Of a stretch of 57,520 nucleotides of DNA, positions 1 through 8,549 are shown one piece after another (position 1 is the stretch's first letter; each line of letters begins with the position of its first letter). The notes beneath the pieces are model-generated. The model saw nothing but the letters and a program-made list of their open reading frames with translations. It ran no database searches and was not told the DNA's origin. Both the position numbers and the translations under genes were made by a program. The DNA is from an uncultured Thermoproteales archaeon (GTDB taxonomy: Archaea; Thermoproteota; Thermoprotei; Thermofilales; CAYSTQ01), in the NCBI GenBank assembly GCA_964497915.1, contig CAZCFI010000002.1:1-57520 (forward strand). The letters are read 5' to 3'.

Positions 1-1085
1 CCCTCCCGCCTGACCCCTCGGCGACCAGGCGCATCCAGCACCAGCGTCACCGGGTACTCAACGCAAGCGCCCTCCCCGCCAGTGACCGTGCAGTACCTGA
101 GGACTAGCTGTATGGTCGACTGAGCCTTCGAGGGGTCGGATGCCACCAACCTGATGTAGCCTGAGAGATAGCCGCTCGGGGGCGCTGGGAGCTCGACCTC
201 TGAGGTGCGGCGCGCCTCGACCCTGCCGTCCCTGATCACTATGTGGCTGGACTCCTCTAGGCGGACGTTGACTAGGTATATGTCGCAGTCTAGCGTGGGG
301 GAGAGCGATGCGCTGTCAACGACGAGCACAGCGTAGTAGCTCTTGGAGTCCCTGTCTAGGAGTCCTAGCACGTTCCCGCCAAAGGAGTACTCGCTAGTCT
401 CTACGTGCAAGTACGCGCTATCCAGCCTGAAGTCCTCAACGCCCCCGAGTGGCGCCAACACGACATAGACCCCGACCACCAGCCAGTAGCTAGCTCCCGG
501 GCTGACGCCGGTCACTGAGAATGTGAACACTTGGTAGCTGTTTGTGGGGCTGAACTGCACGGGCCCCCACGCCCACGCGCCCGCATCCGGGTCGTAGAGC
601 CCGACGAGGTAGAGGATGACGGCCCCGCTTGGCTGCGAGGCGTACCTAGCCCTGAGCTCCACAGTGGCGCTGAGTATCGTGATATTCGGGAACGTGACCT
701 CAGTGACTAGGAACGCTGAGTCGGAGGCTAGCCTAGGCAGCGCTCCGTAGATCTGCGCGACCCCGCCCGAGGAGCCGATGTCGCCACTGAGCCAGTAGCA
801 CGACATGTACCGCCCGGAGACGCAGTACCAGAAGTCGGGGCCGCTGTACAGGTCCGGGTTGTGGACGAGCTGTTCCACGTTAGACATTGCGACGCTGACT
901 GACGCAGAGGTGCGCGTTGGGTCCAGCGTCACTGAGACTCCCTCTGTGGCGGGGTCCTCGAGGGTGACTGGCGGCGGGGCCGGCCCCAGTCCCATTCTTA
1001 CTGGGTAGTAAGCAAACACCGACGCTAGTACAACGCTAGCCGAGATTACCACCTGGAGAAGGGCGTGAAGTAACCACCCCCTCAT
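1..1085 (-). CDS. Secreted beta-rich protein, N-terminal part only (3' end lies beyond window start); paralog of 1100..1669
   Basis: Absent from the ORF track because it has no in-window stop. Reverse-strand ATG at 1085..1083 opens MRGWLLHALLQVVISASVVLASVFAYYPVRMGLGPAPPPVTLEDP... and stays open to position 1. Hydrophobic signal-like N-terminus. Shares SVF(A/V)YYPV and DSK(S/A)YY motifs with the neighbouring ORF. Confidence 0.6.
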   Translation of the reverse strand, partial: MRGWLLHALLQVVISASVVLASVFAYYPVRMGLGPAPPPVTLEDPATEGVSVTLDPTRTSASVSVAMSNVEQLVHNPDLYSGPDFWYCVSGRYMSCYWLSGDIGSSGGVAQIYGALPRLASDSAFLVTEVTFPNITILSATVELRARYASQPSGAVILYLVGLYDPDAGAWAWGPVQFSPTNSYQVFTFSVTGVSPGASYWLVVGVYVVLAPLGGVEDFRLDSAYLHVETSEYSFGGNVLGLLDRDSKSYYAVLVVDSASLSPTLDCDIYLVNVRLEESSHIVIRDGRVEARRTSEVELPAPPSGYLSGYIRLVASDPSKAQSTIQLVLRYCTVTGGEGACVEYPVTLVLDAPGRRGVRRE

Positions 1086-1099
1086 GACTCAGCGCCCAC

Positions 1100-1669
1100 C
1101 TAGGGCGGAGTCTCGGAGGTTGGGCTGTATATCAGCTTGAGGGCCGCCGACGTGTCGCTGAGGGTGGGGGCTGCGTCATAGCTACCCCCGGCAGCGTCTA
1201 TGACCACCTCGATGTCGATCCTCCACTGGGCCCCAGCCCCTATGGCTGTCGTGGCTGGCCCATAGTCGCCTGTGCTCTTGAGATCGACCGTGAGCACTGT
1301 CGTGCCAGATGAGTCGATGACGTACAACGTGGCGCTAGTGATCTTGTCGTCGTTTAGCGCGTCCTCCACTCTTATCGTAACGTAGTACGCCTTGCTGTCC
1401 TGGTTCACTACGAGCGCTAGGTTCCTGTAGTAATTCCTCCTGTAGGTTGGGTGCACCGTTATGCTCAGGCTCGTGCTAGCATCTCCGACGGTCACCGATA
1501 TCACGTTGGCCCCCCACAGGTCGTCCTTCCCGGCGTTGTTGCCCTCGGCGAAGTATATCGGTGGCTGAGCTGGCGACAGCGCCAGGGATACTGGGTAGTA
1601 GACGAAGACCGAGGCGTTCACCACGGCCAGCGCCACCGTTAGGCAAAGGAGGACATATACTTTCTTCAT
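1100..1669 (-). CDS. Secreted small beta-rich protein (signal peptide; possible fibre/surface subunit)
   Basis: 189-aa ORF. N-terminus is MKKVYVLLCLTVALAVVNA followed by SVFVYYPVSLALSP. Ser/Thr/Val-rich with no Cys. TATA-like 'tttataa' lies about 30 nt upstream on the minus strand (plus coords ~1703..1711). Confidence 0.65.
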   Translation of the reverse strand: MKKVYVLLCLTVALAVVNASVFVYYPVSLALSPAQPPIYFAEGNNAGKDDLWGANVISVTVGDASTSLSITVHPTYRRNYYRNLALVVNQDSKAYYVTIRVEDALNDDKITSATLYVIDSSGTTVLTVDLKSTGDYGPATTAIGAGAQWRIDIEVVIDAAGGSYDAAPTLSDTSAALKLIYSPTSETPP

Positions 1670-1901
1670 GCTCTCACAGGAGGAAATTATTTAGAGTTTA
1701 TAAGCTTTGTCTCGCTCTAGAAAGCGGAGGGCTCCCATCACGGGCCAGCTCAGCGGGCGTGCCTTGCCCCAGCTCCCAACGCTGGGCCCATCAGCGGACT
1801 GAGCACGCCTGCTAGCGCCCCTCTAGGTGTAGCTGTCCCCACATAAGCAAAGGCTCGCAGGGGCTCAGGCCCGGCTGAGCCTTAGGGGCGTGGAGCGCGA
1901 C

Positions 1902-1909
1902 TTTTAATA
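1902..1909 (+). promoter_or_regulatory. TATA box for the PIN-domain gene (near-leaderless)
   Basis: 'ttttaata' lies 26 nt upstream of ATG 1935. Confidence 0.4.
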
Positions 1910-1934
1910 CTGTCTCGCAAAGCGTATAACTCCG

Positions 1935-2366
1935 ATGGGCAGAGCGAGATACGTCGTGCTGCTCGACACGAACTTCCTCATGCTTCCGTCCCACGAGAGG
2001 GTCAACGTGTTCGCTAGTGTGGAGGAGTGCCTCCAGCTGAGGCCGAGGTTCATCGTCCTCAGGTCGACGGTCGAGGAGCTGAGGAAGATAGCCTCCGAGG
2101 GCGGGCCCAAGGAGAGGAGGGCCGCCCTGCTCGGCCTGGAGCTGGTGGATAGGTGCGAGGTGGAGCTGGTGGATGACAGCGCCGTCCCAGGCGGCTCGGC
2201 AGACGACAAGATAGTGGAGTACGCGCGGAGCGCCCTGAGGCGCGGCGACAAGCTAGTCGTGGCGACGAACGACAGGGAGCTGAGGAGGAGGCTCAGGGAG
2301 CTGGGCGTCCCCGTCATCTTGTACAGAGAGAGAGACCACAGGGTCTGGCTTGACGGGGAGGTCTAA
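1935..2366 (+). CDS. PIN-domain protein, Fcf1/Utp24-like (conserved neighbour of rpoE in archaea)
   Basis: Motifs VLLDTNFLM ... VATNDRELRRRL. Position is immediately upstream of Rpo7/Spt4. Confidence 0.8.
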   Translation: MGRARYVVLLDTNFLMLPSHERVNVFASVEECLQLRPRFIVLRSTVEELRKIASEGGPKERRAALLGLELVDRCEVELVDDSAVPGGSADDKIVEYARSALRRGDKLVVATNDRELRRRLRELGVPVILYRERDHRVWLDGEV

Positions 2367-2461
2367 TGAGGCTAATATCCTGCGGGGATCTCGTGCCGTC
2401 CCGCCAAGGCTGCGGGGGCATGGCAGATCGGCCCCACAGCGCGAGGGGCGCAGGCCGATAG

Positions 2462-2469
2462 TTTAATTA
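2462..2469 (+). promoter_or_regulatory. TATA box upstream of rpo7
   Basis: 'tttaatta' lies about 42 nt upstream of ATG 2511. Confidence 0.35.
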
Positions 2470-2510
2470 GTGCCCCCAAACATCCTCTTCCTGCGGCGGG
2501 GTCAGCTCAC

Positions 2511-3083
2511 ATGTACAAGGTCATCACGTTTCAAGACGTTGTGAGGATACCGCCCTCAAAGTTCGGAAAGGACCTGAGGGAGGCCGCTAAGGAGGTGCTT
2601 GAAGAGCTGTACGAGGGCCAACTCGTCGAGAACGCCGGGCTGGTGATAAGCATCCTCGGCGTGGACGTCTCGAGCGTTGGCAGGATAGTCCCCGGCGACG
2701 GCGGCTCCTACCACAGGGCGACGTTCGATGCCCTGGTGTTCAGGCCGACGCTGCACGAGGTCGTGGAGGGGGAGGTAGTGACCGTCGAGGACTTCGGCCT
2801 ATTCGTCAGGCTCGGCCCCCTGGAGGGCCTCATCCACAAGTCCCAGATATACGACGACAGGTTCTCCTACGACCGAGCCCAGGGCGCCATGATAGGCGAG
2901 AGCACGAGGTACGTGGTCAGGAAGGGCGACGTGGTCAGGGCGAGGATAGTCGCGGTCAGCTCCATGGCTGGCAGCATAAGGGGGCTGAGGGTAAGCCTCA
3001 CCATGAGGCAGCCCTTCCTGGGCAAGGTGGAGTGGATTAAGAAGGAGCTCGAGAGGCTGAGGAGGGGGGCAAGTAGGGGGTGA
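2511..3083 (+). CDS. rpoE: DNA-directed RNA polymerase subunit Rpo7 (E')
   Basis: MYKVITFQDVVRIPPSKFG...GLFVRLGPLEGLIHKSQIYDD, with an S1 domain. Classical Rpo7 sequence and context. Confidence 0.95.
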   Translation: MYKVITFQDVVRIPPSKFGKDLREAAKEVLEELYEGQLVENAGLVISILGVDVSSVGRIVPGDGGSYHRATFDALVFRPTLHEVVEGEVVTVEDFGLFVRLGPLEGLIHKSQIYDDRFSYDRAQGAMIGESTRYVVRKGDVVRARIVAVSSMAGSIRGLRVSLTMRQPFLGKVEWIKKELERLRRGASRG

Positions 3084-3089
3084 GCGGGC

Positions 3090-3296
3090 CTGCCCAGGAG
3101 GATCGGGGCGCCGCTTAAGGCCTGCAGGAAGTGCAAGATGCTAGTGCCGCTGAACGTCGGGATGTGCCCGAACTGCGGCTCCAGGGACTTCTCAGACGAC
3201 TGGAGCGGGATGGTGATCATTCTCGACGAGAGCTCGGTTCTCGCTGAGAAGCTGGGGATAAAGGCGCCCGGCAGGTACGCCCTCAAGGTAAGGTAG
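3090..3296 (+). CDS. spt4: Transcription elongation factor Spt4 (RpoE''); start codon unresolved
   Basis: Frame reads ..PLKACRKCKMLVPLNVGMCPNCGSRDFSDDWSGMVIILDESSVLAEKLGIKAPGRYALKVR*. This is a C4 zinc ribbon plus the NGN-binding core. The first CxxC (3123..3134) lies upstream of the only ATG (3138). No ATG/GTG/TTG occurs between the Rpo7 TGA (3081..3083) and 3138. The start given here is the CTG at 3090 and is tentative. Confidence 0.8.
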   Translation: MPRRIGAPLKACRKCKMLVPLNVGMCPNCGSRDFSDDWSGMVIILDESSVLAEKLGIKAPGRYALKVR

Positions 3297-3301
3297 CGCC
3301 C

Positions 3302-3862
3302 ATGGCGCGGAGCTACAGGCTGAGCGACGTACGCTTTGACGAGGGAGCTAAGCGAGTAGTGCGCAGGCCCCTGGGCCTTCCCATCTTCAGGGAGGCGGAC
3401 GAGGCGGTCCAGCTCCTGAGCGCCATGGTGGAGGACTTCGAGCCGCCGCTGCTAGCGGCCGTCGGCGACTCAGTCGCGCTAAACCTGGTGAGGAGCGGCC
3501 GAGTCCCAGACGTTGCAGTGGTGGACTTCAAGACCAAGCGCAGGCCTGTGGGCAGCGCGCTCGCGAACGAGATTATGGCTGCATTTAGCGCGAGGCTCAG
3601 GCTGAGGAACCCGAGGTCGACGATAGCGCGGGAGTCGTGGCCGATCCTCGAGGAGTGCGTCAGCAGGGTGCTCGAGCTGGGCGAGAGGGTGCTCGTCGTG
3701 GTGGAGGGCGAGGAGGACCTGCTCACGATACCCATGTCCATCGTCGCGCCCAACAGGTCATTCGTCGTGTACGGGCAGCCTGACGAGGCGCTTGTGGTCG
3801 TGATAGTAAACGACTACACCCGCTCCTCGTTCGAGCGCTTGCTGGAGCGCTTAGTAAAGTAA
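3302..3862 (+). CDS. DUF359-family protein (GTP-dependent dephospho-CoA kinase family)
   Basis: Motifs AVGDSV..NL...G..PDVAVVDFKTKR and VVVEGEEDLLTIP. Conserved position between spt4 and rps24e. Confidence 0.8.
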   Translation: MARSYRLSDVRFDEGAKRVVRRPLGLPIFREADEAVQLLSAMVEDFEPPLLAAVGDSVALNLVRSGRVPDVAVVDFKTKRRPVGSALANEIMAAFSARLRLRNPRSTIARESWPILEECVSRVLELGERVLVVVEGEEDLLTIPMSIVAPNRSFVVYGQPDEALVVVIVNDYTRSSFERLLERLVK

Positions 3863-3906
3863 TTATACTGGCCCCTGGATATAGTGTAGGAGCCGCTGGT
3901 GAGCCC

Positions 3907-4224
3907 ATGAGCGACCTCGACGTCAAGGTGGTTGAGGAGCGGCAGAACCCGCTGATAGGGAGGAGGGAGCTGAAGGTCGTCGTGACGCACGTCGGGAGGG
4001 GGACGCCGAGCAAGCATGAGCTGAGGCAGAGGATCTCTGAGCTGTACAAGGCGCCCCTTGAGTGCGTCTACGTCATAAACGTCAGCACCAGGTACGGGCA
4101 GGGTCTCAGCACGGCTAGGGTTCACGTCTATGATGACCCAGCGCGAGCCGAGGAGATAGAGGACGAGCACATCAAGAGGAGGAACGCGCCGCCTGATGAG
4201 CGCGGCGAGGAGGGGGGTGAGTGA
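3907..4224 (+). CDS. rps24e: 30S ribosomal protein S24e
   Basis: [40 protein letters not shown]. Confidence 0.95.
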   Translation: MSDLDVKVVEERQNPLIGRRELKVVVTHVGRGTPSKHELRQRISELYKAPLECVYVINVSTRYGQGLSTARVHVYDDPARAEEIEDEHIKRRNAPPDERGEEGGE

Positions 4225-4243
4225 CGTGGCTCACGTGCACAGG

Positions 4244-4405
4244 ATGTACGAGTACGACTACGAGATGGGGACCATAAGGCTGAAGAACAAGAAGTGCCCG
4301 CGCTGCGGCTCCATAATGGCGCACCACAAGTCCCCCGTCGAGAGGTGGCACTGCGGCAAGTGCGGGTACACGGAGTTCGTCCACAGGCGCGGCAAGCTGG
4401 CGTGA
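4244..4405 (+). CDS. rps27ae: 30S ribosomal protein S27ae
   Basis: [32 protein letters not shown] zinc ribbon. ATG 4244 is preferred over the track start 4196, which overlaps rps24e. Confidence 0.9.
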   Translation: MYEYDYEMGTIRLKNKKCPRCGSIMAHHKSPVERWHCGKCGYTEFVHRRGKLA

Positions 4406-4415
4406 GGCGTCAGCC

Positions 4416-5417
4416 TTGGGCGCCGTCACTGTGCTCGGCATCGAGAGCACTGCCCACACATATGGGGTCGGCGTAGCGACCTCAGACGGCAGCATACTCG
4501 CCAACGCTAGCTCAACGTACGTCCCAGCCCGGGGCGGGATACACCCGAGGGAGGCGGCCGAGCACCACAGCAAGGTGGCGGCTGAGGTGCTGAGGAGGGC
4601 CCTCGATGAGAGCGGGGTGAGCCTTGAGGAGGTAGATGGCATCGCCGTCGCGCTAGGCCCCGGCATGGGCCCGTGCCTCAGGGTCGGCTGCAGCGTGGCC
4701 AGGGCGCTGGCCTCCTACTTCGACAAGCCCTTGGTGCCCGTGAACCACGCCGTCGCCCACGTCGAGATAGCCAGGCTGACGACGGGGGCCAGGGACCCGC
4801 TGGCGGTCTTCGTGTCCGGGGGCAACACCGTCATAATAGCCTACGTTGAGGGGAGGTATAGGGTCTTCGGCGAGACCTTAGACATAGCGCTGGGCAACTG
4901 CATGGACGCCTTCGCTAGGGAGTTGGGACTAGGGTTCCCGGGCACGCCCATCGTTGAGAGGCTCGCGGCGAGGGGGCGCGAGTTCATCGAGCTACCATAC
5001 AGCGTGAAGGGGCAGGACGTGTCGTTCTCAGGCCTGCTGACCGCCGCCTTGAGGCTGGCGCGGGAGGGCAAGTACAGGCTGGAGGACATCTGCTACAGCC
5101 TGGTCGAGGTGGCGTATGGCATGGTCGTGGAGGTGGCTGAGAGGGCTCTAGCGCACACCGAGAAGCGGGAGCTGATCCTGACGGGGGGCGTCGCTAGGAG
5201 CAGGCTCCTCCGGGAGAAGCTGAGGAGGATGTGCGAGCTCCACGGGGCGAGGTTTGCCGCGGTGCCCGACGAGTACGCTGGCGACAACGGGGCCATGATA
5301 GCCTACACGGGGGCGTTGGCCCTCGAGCACGGCGTGACGATACCCGTTGAGGAGAGCTACATAAGGCAGAGGTGGCGGGTGGAGGAGGTGGACGTGCCGT
5401 GGGTGGAGAGCTCATAG
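4416..5417 (+). CDS. kae1: tRNA N6-adenosine threonylcarbamoyltransferase Kae1 (KEOPS)
   Basis: VLGIESTAHTYGVGV...GIHPREAAEHH...VNHAVAHVE. TTG start. Confidence 0.95.
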   Translation: MGAVTVLGIESTAHTYGVGVATSDGSILANASSTYVPARGGIHPREAAEHHSKVAAEVLRRALDESGVSLEEVDGIAVALGPGMGPCLRVGCSVARALASYFDKPLVPVNHAVAHVEIARLTTGARDPLAVFVSGGNTVIIAYVEGRYRVFGETLDIALGNCMDAFARELGLGFPGTPIVERLAARGREFIELPYSVKGQDVSFSGLLTAALRLAREGKYRLEDICYSLVEVAYGMVVEVAERALAHTEKRELILTGGVARSRLLREKLRRMCELHGARFAAVPDEYAGDNGAMIAYTGALALEHGVTIPVEESYIRQRWRVEEVDVPWVESS

Positions 5418-6079
5418 GCATCGGCGCTGAGGCCGTGCTGACGCTGGGCGAGCTATACGGCTTCAAGGTCGTTAGGAAGGCTAGGCTGCCCAAGCCCTAC
5501 AGAGACCCCAGGCTCGACGAGGCCTTGAGGCGGGAGAGAACGGCTACTGAGGCCAAGATAATGATAGAGGCTAAGTCCCTGGGCATTCCGTGCCCCACGG
5601 TGCTCGACGTCGACCTAGAGGAGGCCGTCATCGTGATGGACTATGTAGAGGGGCCGAGGCTCTCCAGGGTGCTCGGCGAGCTGCCGAAGGGCGAGCTGGC
5701 CAGGATATTCGTGGAGTTGGGGAGGTACGTTGGCCTGCTCCACGCTCACGGCGTAGTCCACGGCGACCTCACGACCTCTAACGTGATCCTGCACCGGGGG
5801 AGGCCGTACCTCATAGACTTCGGCCTTAGCCAGTACTCTCGGCAACTAGAGGACAGAGGCGTAGATGTCCACCTATTTCTGAGGGCGCTGGAGAGCACTC
5901 ACTTCTCACTCTCTAAGTTCCTGTTTGAGAAATTCATGGAGGGGTACGCTGGCGTGGTGGGGGAGGATGAGGCGAATAGAGTGCTGGAGAAGGTGCGGGA
6001 GATAAGGAGGCGAGGCAGGTATGTCCGCGAGAGGAGGCTTAAGAGTGCTCTTCGTCACGGGGAACAGGCACAAGTTTGA
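5372..6079 (+). CDS. bud32: Bud32 (Kae1-associated kinase/ATPase, KEOPS)
   Basis: GAEAVL...VVRKARLPKPYRDPRLDEALRRERTATEAK...HGDLTTSNVIL...YLIDFGLS. Separate frame overlapping the kae1 3' end. GTG at 5399 is an equally plausible start. Confidence 0.9.
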   Translation: MAGGGGGRAVGGELIGIGAEAVLTLGELYGFKVVRKARLPKPYRDPRLDEALRRERTATEAKIMIEAKSLGIPCPTVLDVDLEEAVIVMDYVEGPRLSRVLGELPKGELARIFVELGRYVGLLHAHGVVHGDLTTSNVILHRGRPYLIDFGLSQYSRQLEDRGVDVHLFLRALESTHFSLSKFLFEKFMEGYAGVVGEDEANRVLEKVREIRRRGRYVRERRLKSALRHGEQAQV

Positions 6080-6602
6080 GGAGGCTAAGGCTGTGGCTGA
6101 GTCCCTGGGAGTCAGCCTAGTCCAGGCGAGGCTGAGGAAGCTTGAGATACAGTCAGACGACCTCCGGGAGATAGCGGTCTTCTCGTCGAGATCCGTCAGG
6201 AGCCACCTGAGCGGCGAGACCTACATCGTGGAGGACGCCGGGCTGTTCATCCACTCACTGGGCGGATTTCCAGGGCCATACAGCTCGTACGTATACAGGA
6301 CTATAGGATGCGAGGGCGTGCTAAAGCTCCTAGCTGGGGTTGAGGACAGACGGGCCACCTTCAGGTCTGTAGTCGTGCTGCACGACCCGCGGCTTGGCGA
6401 GCATGTATTCGTGGGCGAGACCCGCGGCGCGATATCACGTGAGGCGAGGGGCTCGGGGGGCTTCGGCTTCGACCCGATATTCGTGCCTGAGGGCGAGAGC
6501 AGGACGTACGCTGAGATGACGCTGAGCGAGAAGAACGCTCTCTCCCACAGGGCAAAGGCCGTAAGAGGCGCACTCTCGTTCCTGGTCAGCGAGGCGAGAT
6601 AA
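6021..6602 (+). CDS. Non-canonical purine NTP pyrophosphatase (ITPase, HAM1/RdgB family)
   Basis: VLFVTGNRHKFEEAK...VEDAGLFI..L.GFPGPYSSY...GFGFDPIF...TYAEM..EKNALSHRAKA. GTG 6045 is preceded by GAGG and may be the true start. Confidence 0.9.
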   Translation: MSARGGLRVLFVTGNRHKFEEAKAVAESLGVSLVQARLRKLEIQSDDLREIAVFSSRSVRSHLSGETYIVEDAGLFIHSLGGFPGPYSSYVYRTIGCEGVLKLLAGVEDRRATFRSVVVLHDPRLGEHVFVGETRGAISREARGSGGFGFDPIFVPEGESRTYAEMTLSEKNALSHRAKAVRGALSFLVSEAR

Positions 6603-6646
6603 GTTAATATATTCAGGTATGCTTTACTCAGGGGCGAGGTGCCCAG

Positions 6647-7087
6647 ATGCGCAAGAGCAAGGAGAAGGGCAAGTCGCACTCGACTAGGCCCTTAAGGACA
6701 GCGCCGCCGGCCTGGCTGAAGTACACCCCTGAGCAGGTCGAGAGCCTGGTAGTGGAGCTGGCGAGGAAGGGCTATCCGCCGTCGATGATAGGCGTCATCC
6801 TGAGGGACCAATACGGCATCCCCCTGGTCAAGCAGGTCACCGGCAAGAAGATAATCCAGATCCTGAGAGAGCACGGGCTGGAGCCGGAGATACCCGAGGA
6901 CCTCGCGAACCTCATAAGGAGGGCCATCAGGGTCAGGAGGCACCTCGAGGAGCACCCGAAGGACTACCACTCCAAGAGGGGCCTGCAGCTCATAGAGTCG
7001 AAGATCAGGAGGCTGGAGAAGTACTATAAGCGGGAGGGCGTACTACCTCCTGACTGGCGCTATGAGCCAGAGAAGATCAAGGTCTAG
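6647..7087 (+). CDS. rps15: 30S ribosomal protein S15 (S13e)
   Basis: KGKSHSTRP...[43 protein letters not shown]-like 'ttaatatatt' at 6604..6613. Confidence 0.95.
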   Translation: MRKSKEKGKSHSTRPLRTAPPAWLKYTPEQVESLVVELARKGYPPSMIGVILRDQYGIPLVKQVTGKKIIQILREHGLEPEIPEDLANLIRRAIRVRRHLEEHPKDYHSKRGLQLIESKIRRLEKYYKREGVLPPDWRYEPEKIKV

Positions 7088-8549
7088 CGATGGCCAGGGG
7101 GCTGAGGGCGCGTCACGCGACTTCTTGCACCACGTGAGGCGGGCAGCTGAGAGCCTGCTCGCTAGCCTCGAGGAGCGCAAGTCGTGCCTCATAGTGACTC
7201 ACTACGATGCGGACGGCGTGTGCGCCGCGGCGGCGCTTGCGTGCGCCCTCAGCCAACTTGACGTTCCATTTCACATCAGAGTCGTCGACCAACTTGACGA
7301 GGCTGCCATCAGTTGGGTGAGGAGGAATCCGCACTACAAGTGCGTCGTCATGACGGACCTCGGTAGTGGGCTCCTCAGCCGCCTGGAGGCCGAGCTCAGC
7401 GACAGAGACGTCTTCGTGGTCGACCACCACATACCAGAGCCAGAGGTAGAGGGGGGTGCTGTGATGGAGGTCAACCCCCACAGGTTCGGCATAGACGGCT
7501 CGACTCAGGCTAGCTCCTCGACCCTGGCCTACCTCCTCGTGAGGAGCGCCCTCCCGGAGGAGGCCCCCCCTCACTCGCCGCTGGCCGTCGTGGGGGCGCT
7601 AGGGGACAGGCAGGACGTGGGAAAGCACTTCAGCCTCACAGGGCTCAACGAGATCGCCGTGAGGGACGGCGTTGAGCACGGCTACATCAAGAGGGAGCTG
7701 GGGCTCAGGCTATTCGGCCTGAGGTCGAGGCCGCTGCTAAAGTGCCTGGAGTACACGTTCGACCCATACCTGCCGGGCCTCAGCGGCGACGAGGCGGCGT
7801 GCTACAACTTCCTGAAGAGCATAGGCGTGGAGCCCAGCGAGGGGGGCAAGCTCAGGTACTTCAAGTCGCTCAGCAGGGAGGAGGTGAGGAGGCTAGCCAC
7901 CGAGCTCATAAAGTACTCCATGAGCGTCGGCTTGTCGGTGCGCGAGTCCGAGAGGATATTCGGCACGACGTACCTGCTGCCAAGGGAGGGCGAGGATTCC
8001 CCGCTCTACGACGCCAGGGAGTTCGCCGCGATCCTCAACGCGTGCGGCAGGGTGGAGAGGCACGACCTCGCCCTGCTCCTGGCGATGGGGGTCAGGGGGA
8101 GGGTCCTGAGCGACGCCATGAGGGAGGTCGAGGGCTACAGGAGGGCTCTCTCCTCAGCGATAAACGAGGTCAGGAGCAGCCGGGAGCGCTACGTGAGCGA
8201 GCTCGACCACCTGGTGGTGGTCGACTTGAGCGGCAGGGTCAGCGGCAGGATGCTGGCGGCCGTGGCCTCCATCCTGGCGTCGTCGAGGGTGTGGGGCATA
8301 ACCAAGCCGCTGATGGCCATGACGAAGGTTGGGGAGGACGCGCTGAAGGTCTCCCTCAGAAAGCCGATATCGATCGACGCCAAGTACAGGGCGGTGAACC
8401 TGGGCCAGGTGGTGAGGAGCGTCGCAGACGAGCTCGGGGGCGTCGGAGGGGGGCACGAGAACGCAGCTGGGGGCACCTTCAGCGCGAACCTGAAGTCGGA
8501 GCTCGTGAGGGCCGTTGAGGCGGAGATATCGAGGGCCATCAGCGCATGA
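7062..8549 (+). CDS. DHH/DHHA1 family RecJ-like protein (candidate GAN/Cdc45-type nuclease)
   Basis: DHH motifs are intact: [29 protein letters not shown]. 495 aa. The start is uncertain because it overlaps the rps15 end. Confidence 0.8.
   Translation: MSQRRSRSSDGQGAEGASRDFLHHVRRAAESLLASLEERKSCLIVTHYDADGVCAAAALACALSQLDVPFHIRVVDQLDEAAISWVRRNPHYKCVVMTDLGSGLLSRLEAELSDRDVFVVDHHIPEPEVEGGAVMEVNPHRFGIDGSTQASSSTLAYLLVRSALPEEAPPHSPLAVVGALGDRQDVGKHFSLTGLNEIAVRDGVEHGYIKRELGLRLFGLRSRPLLKCLEYTFDPYLPGLSGDEAACYNFLKSIGVEPSEGGKLRYFKSLSREEVRRLATELIKYSMSVGLSVRESERIFGTTYLLPREGEDSPLYDAREFAAILNACGRVERHDLALLLAMGVRGRVLSDAMREVEGYRRALSSAINEVRSSRERYVSELDHLVVVDLSGRVSGRMLAAVASILASSRVWGITKPLMAMTKVGEDALKVSLRKPISIDAKYRAVNLGQVVRSVADELGGVGGGHENAAGGTFSANLKSELVRAVEAEISRAISA

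Noticed and set aside
4125-4195. C/D-box sRNA-like string inside the rps24e 3' end (ATGATGA ... CTGATGA).
   Set aside because: No acceptable D' or C' boxes at the right spacing, no terminal stem, and the boxes are explained by the coding sequence.
5372-5417. The kae1/bud32 overlap as a frameshifted fusion gene.
   Set aside because: Separate, overlapping kae1 and bud32 genes are a normal arrangement in many archaea. Both frames have plausible termini (..VPWVESS* and GTG 5399 / V-G-G-E-L-I-G-I-G-A-E-A), so no disruption needs to be invoked.
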